A stretch of 64,000 bases of DNA. Origin: Eledone cirrhosa. Its lineage: Eukaryota. Both the position numbers and the translations under genes were made by a program. The notes beneath the pieces were generated by a model. It saw nothing but the letters and a program-made list of their open reading frames with translations. It was not told the DNA's origin and did not search any database. Below are positions 58,957 through 64,000 of the stretch, one piece after another. The DNA is taken from the NCBI GenBank assembly GCA_964016885.1, contig OZ024742.1, positions 58,962,001 through 59,026,000 on the forward strand, written 5' to 3'. Each line of letters begins with the position of its first letter. Within the stretch, counting starts at the first letter, position 1.

Positions 58957-59108
58957 CATAATATCAATAATATTAATAAATGGAAACTAATATTTATTTT
59001 ATTATATATATTTCAAGGGTACCAAAATTTTGGTACCCTTGAAATGTATATAATAGAATAAATATGGTTTTATAAAGATAGTTTTCATTTATTAATATTA
59101 TTGATTAT
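58957..59108. repeat. ~150 bp palindrome folded at TTTCAAGGGTACCAAAA|TTTTGGTACCCTTGAAA
   Basis: Arms match the 3' half of the 21.4 kb hammerhead-bearing stub. Confidence 0.8.
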
Positions 59109-59119
59109 ATATATATATA

Positions 59120-59531
59120 CGGGTCTTACCGTATCCGCCATTCCTTCCCCTGCACATCCACCCACGTTGTCTATGCCATCCGGTGTTCTCTTCGCGGGTC
59201 TTTATATATCGGACAAACGGGACGCCGTATGGCGGACCGGTTTGTCGAACATTTGAGGGAGATACGACTCGGTTTGGATACTCCTGTCGTCCGTCATTTC
59301 TATTCACCTGGTCATTCTTCCCTACATGTTTCAGTCATAGATCACAGGCCTCGCGCACCAGGACTGAACAAAGTCTGATTCACCCTCTTGGACTCAACTC
59401 ACCTCCCCAATTTCTCTAATATCCCGTCCCTTATCACACCCCTAAATTCCTATCGCTTTTTCTTTGCTCATAGCTTCGTACTTACATGCACACACATTCT
59501 TTTACTCACATATCTCTTCTTAGCTTCGTAT

Positions 59532-59626
<95 letters not shown>

Positions 59627-59971
59627 CTTACGCACGTGCTCAAGTATAGCTCTTTTTACTAAACGTTTTTTTTTTTATTTCAGGTAGACGCGCGCCATCA
59701 TCCACTTTTCTAAAAAAACAAATCATACACAAAACGCCAGCACCAACAGTTTTGCAAGAGATGTCAACATGAATGGACCTATTATTTTTATCTAAAGACA
59801 TTTTTTCCAATTCCACCCCGCCCGTCCTCTTAATCTATTTTATTTCTCATTCTTTCTTCTGATCAAGGACTAGCGTCCGAAACGTTAAGATCCTCTTCCT
59901 GCTATATCAAGTGTTAACCTAATATATACCTTCCATATACTGTACCGATTTTGTTGTTATTTCTGTTTACC

Positions 59972-59978
<7 letters not shown>
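59120..59978 (+). mobile_element. 5'-truncated PLE: GIY-YIG remnant + 3' region with degenerate hammerhead
   Basis: CTSTHVVYAIRC...LYIGQTGRRMADRFVEHL; CTGATCA-A-GGAC-TAGC-GTCC-GAAACGTTA at ~59859-59888. Confidence 0.8.
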
Positions 59979-60039
<61 letters not shown>

Positions 60040-60051
60040 ACACACACACAT

Positions 60052-60148
<97 letters not shown>

Positions 60149-60524
60149 ATGAAATTGTAAATAGCACGGAAAATATATTTAAAGATCTGTTTTTCTTTTT
60201 TCCCTCTTTCTTTGATTGATATTCAACAAGAAAGATGAAAACCTTGCTTAAACACTTAATTTTAAATCTTTAATTTTTTATTTTTAATTCTTATTAATTA
60301 TTTTTAATTGTAATACTCAACATTTGATAAGATGGATTTTACTAATACACCGAATACTTTATAAAACTTTTGTTTGAATTGTCCCTCTCATTATTCCAAT
60401 AGGAAAAAAAAGAAAAAAGAAAAAAGACCCTTAAATATATTTTCCGTGCAATTTCCAATTTCACCTTTTCTCTATAACCACTGTTTTGTATAGAACCTTA
60501 CTTCTCTTTTCAAATATATATATA

Positions 60525-62103
60525 TATATTAATTTGAACAACGTCAGTATTCCGTGTGTCATAATTCTCGATTATCATTGGTTCATAGGTTTCAAACGAC
60601 TCCGCCCACCTCAACGACGCCAAACTTAAATTAATACGCATAATGCCAATGAGGGAGTGAGAGGGGAGAGTAAGAAACAGAGAGGCAAAGTGAACGCTGT
60701 AACTATTACCATGTGTGCGTGTGTATGTACGTGTGCGTATGTTTATGTGTGTGTGCGTGTGTGCAGTGTTCCACAGAAAGTAAAAACTATCAACATGTGT
60801 GAGTGTGTAAGTGTGTGTAAGTGCACGGGTGCGTGTGTAAGTTTGCGTGCGTGTGAGCGTTTCCATGCGTGTATGTGTGTGTACGTGGGGCGTTCCACAA
60901 TCGCCACGCAGTTTATCTGTCTGTCAGTCTAACATACACAGAGTTGTGAAGGGAGTAAATAGGGACTTTTTTTTTACATTGACGGACATCTTTTATATTT
61001 ATTATTGTGTCATTTTTTGACAATTGCTCGAAATGAATACTGATAATAAAAGCAATTCAACTTTATCAAACAGTGAACTACAGCGGCGACGGCGTGCAGC
61101 CAGGAATGAAGAAATACGGACCGAACAGCACCATCGGAACGCCGAATTTTTGAGGCGAAGACGTGCCACCATGAATGAAGAGGAGCTGGCTGAATAACGC
61201 CAACGAAACACTGGAGTCAAGCAGCGACGGCGTGCTGCGATGCTTGAAGACGAACTGGCTGAGCATCATCTTTTATATTAATTATCTATATCTATATCTA
61301 CATATAATATAAAAGATTGGAACTTCCATCATCCTTTTGAGAAACGTGGAACAACCACGTCTATGCAATGATACACGCTTTACAGTCAAGCAGAAGATGA
61401 AACATCTCCTAGAGGTCACTATTCTAGGTGGGAGCACCTAGATTTGTTCATATACTACGCACAAACGGTACAACGAAGAATCTGGTATATCAGGAAGTTT
61501 TTTCTTTACTGCTTTCTGTATCACACAGACACCACGGACTCGCCTCGTACCAGCCAAACATCCAATACAGTCATTTTCTTTTTTACCTGTCTTCTCTTAT
61601 CATCTGTTTACCCGGGCGAATCTGGGTACGTCAGCTAGTATATATTAATTTCAACAATGTCAGTATTCCGTGTGTCATAATTCTCGATTATCATTGGGTC
61701 AAACGACTCCGCCCACTTCAACGACGCCAAACTTAAATTAATATGCAGAATTCCAATGAGGGAGTAAGAGGGGAGAGTAAGAAACAGAGAAGCAAAGCGA
61801 ACGCTGTAACTATTACCATGTGTGCGTGTGTATGTACGTGTGCGTATGTTTATGTGTGTGTGCGTGTGTGCAGTGTTCCACAGAAAGTAAAAACTATCAA
61901 CATGTGTGAGTGTGTGCGTGTGTGTAAGTGCACGGGTGCGTGTGTAAGTTTGCGTGTGTAATTTTTTACTGTTTTCTGTATCACACAGACACCACGGACT
62001 CGCCTCGTACTGTAACCAACCAAACATCCAATACAGTCATTTTCTCTTTTACCTGTCTTCTCTTATCCTCTGTTTACCCGGGCGAAGCTGGGTACGTCAG
62101 CTA

Positions 62104-62104
<1 letters not shown>
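60525..62104 (+). mobile_element. Helitron-derived composite with two 3' ends
   Basis: TACCCGGGCGAA(T/G)CTGGGTA hairpin plus CTAG at 61635-61638 and 62101-62104; Helitron-like TCTATATCTATATC..ATAAAAG at ~61284; 60527-60850 repeated at 61643-61958. Confidence 0.6.
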
Positions 62105-62168
<64 letters not shown>

Positions 62169-62260
62169 TAACAGATTAAAATTTAAGCAATCTGTAAACG
62201 CAGAAGTGAATATTTCAAAAAACCTTACAATAAATATAACGAACTAGGCAAATTGAATTT

Positions 62261-62319
<59 letters not shown>

Positions 62320-62895
62320 CGGCGATGACTTAGTTTTGCGAGGTTTTTTATATGAAATCGTGTGTCGAAACAGATATTGTTATATTTGGGGAGGGTCATA
62401 TTTGCGTAATATTGCCAGAATTAATAACAGAACACACTCACTGTTTGGTTGGTTTTCGCTTCTCGCTGTCTTTTATATATATATATCTGCGATCTAACTT
62501 ACTCGGTCCTCAATGTTGCCATTGACTGACCGGCGGTCAAAAATAATACAGATACAATATAGACAAACACATATATATATAGTTTACATAAATCTTTCGT
62601 TGCACATCTGCAACATCGTCAGTGGTGTTATATTCATTGTTCCTCCTGTTGTGTTGTATGTCTACGCCATTTTTTTTTGTTCAGTCTGTCTATATATTTA
62701 TTTATTTATTTGCTTGTTTGTTTATCTTATTTTATTTTGTCTTCTTTGCGCATGCGTTTGCGTGTGTGTATAGTGTTATGTGTGATGTGTGACTAGTGTG
62801 TATAGTGTTGTGTCTGCTGGGTGACTAGTGTGTGTTTATGTGCTTGTGTATGTATTTATTTATCTTATTTTATTTAATTTAATTTACTTATTTAT

Positions 62896-64000
62896 TTATA
62901 CTTCTCTTAGGTCAGTGTTGTTTGTTTGGGTGTTGTTGTTGTTCCACTCATTCTTTCTGTTTAGCTTTGGTCTTCTAATTTCTATTTCACTGGCCTCTCT
63001 GATTTGCCTATCTGCTGGGTCATTCCTATGTTTAGATATTATTCTAATTTCTATGTTGTCTATGTTACCGTCATGATGTTGTCTAGCATGTTCGTATAGT
63101 ACTGACCCGTTTTTTCGTCCTTTTAGTTCCCCCCAGTGTTGGTCTATCCTTTCACCTATGCTACGAGCTGTCTCACCTATGTATGTTGTTGTCGTGTTTC
63201 TGCAAGTACCCTCTGTACATCTTATGCTATAGACTACGTTTCTAGTTTTGCAGTTTATCCGGGGGTTCACCTTACATATGATACATTTCCTATTGGTACA
63301 GTGGGTTTTCTTAAAAGGGTAGGTTTTGCTGATCAGGGATTTTATGGTGGTTCCTGGCTTTTCTACCACCTTTATTTTTAAGTGGGTCTTTCTCAGGGCC
63401 TTTCTACACTGGTTAGCTAATTTCCCTCCAGGGGTGGCGTCCACAAACATGACACTCTGATATCTCTGGTTGTCGTACCATGATGTGGCCTTCCCTATCT
63501 TATGTCTAGCCCTATCTAAGCTATTCCATGATTTGCTCCTGTATAGTGGGCAAATTCCTTTCATGTCCAGTTCTATGAGGGTCTTATACTTTTCCATGGC
63601 TCCTTCGTATACTCTGACTCTGTCTCTTTGGTTGTAGCCAGAGAACTGCATGCGGTTGATGAAGTGTTGGATGTGTCCTTCCATTTCTGTTGGGTCGCAC
63701 ATGCTGGACACATTCTTCATCACTCGTACCAAATCTGCGATCAGAATATTAAACTTAGCACTACTGGACATTGCTGAGTTTTTGAGTATCAGGTATTTGG
63801 AGGCCATGGGTTTAGCATAGTGTGAGTGGAGAATTTGGGCTCTCTCGTCTATAGTGTTAATCCAGAGTTCTGTGTCTAATACAGGTAGTCTATTGTTAGG
63901 GTGTTTGGAAGGGAAGTCTATAGTTACAGTTATACTCTGGTGTATGGAATTAGCTATCTGCTGGATGCTTTCCATCGTGCTACGTTCTAAATCAAACTTG
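62896..64000 (-). CDS. PLE RT thumb + GIY-YIG endonuclease (second family; N-terminus beyond window end)
   Basis: LPVLD, HYAKPM, C..C..C linker, NVVYSIRC...YIGETARSIGERIDQH, REASEI, PKLN; open for more than 359 aa. Confidence 0.88.
   Translation of the reverse strand, partial: KFDLERSTMESIQQIANSIHQSITVTIDFPSKHPNNRLPVLDTELWINTIDERAQILHSHYAKPMASKYLILKNSAMSSSAKFNILIADLVRVMKNVSSMCDPTEMEGHIQHFINRMQFSGYNQRDRVRVYEGAMEKYKTLIELDMKGICPLYRSKSWNSLDRARHKIGKATSWYDNQRYQSVMFVDATPGGKLANQCRKALRKTHLKIKVVEKPGTTIKSLISKTYPFKKTHCTNRKCIICKVNPRINCKTRNVVYSIRCTEGTCRNTTTTYIGETARSIGERIDQHWGELKGRKNGSVLYEHARQHHDGNIDNIEIRIISKHRNDPADRQIREASEIEIRRPKLNRKNEWNNNNTQTNNTDLREV

Overview
AT-rich, microsatellite-saturated eukaryotic DNA. 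The SINE types and the (TA)n/(CA)n/(TATC)n density suggest an octopus-like cephalopod, but this is inference. No host gene can be supported and the window is essentially all mobile DNA. (1) Seven copies of an L1-clade, Tx1-like non-LTR retrotransposon (ORF1 with CCHC knuckle; ORF2 APE endonuclease + RT + CCHC) lie between 19.7 and 44.9 kb. All end in, and six of seven also start in, (TATC)n arrays with the same polarity, and three stand head-to-tail at 32-44.9 kb. This points to (GATA)n-targeted insertion. (2) In these elements ORF2 is bracketed exactly by a consensus splice donor (AG|GTAAGT at the ORF1 end) and an acceptor-like pyrimidine tract plus TGTAG|G that doubles as the ORF2 stop. ORF2 may therefore sit inside a ~3.5 kb intron. 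(3) Penelope-like elements (PLEs): one near-complete Neptune-like copy with terminal direct repeats and an inverted 5'-truncated copy, one running off the window end, and many short stubs in (TA)n. The stubs carry hammerhead ribozyme motifs of several distinct families and are often arranged as inverted pairs. (4) tRNA-derived SINEs, non-autonomous Helitrons, RTE/CR1/hAT remnants and a 2.3 kb two-unit (8/9-mer) satellite. All calls were made by eye; no searches or folding programs were run.
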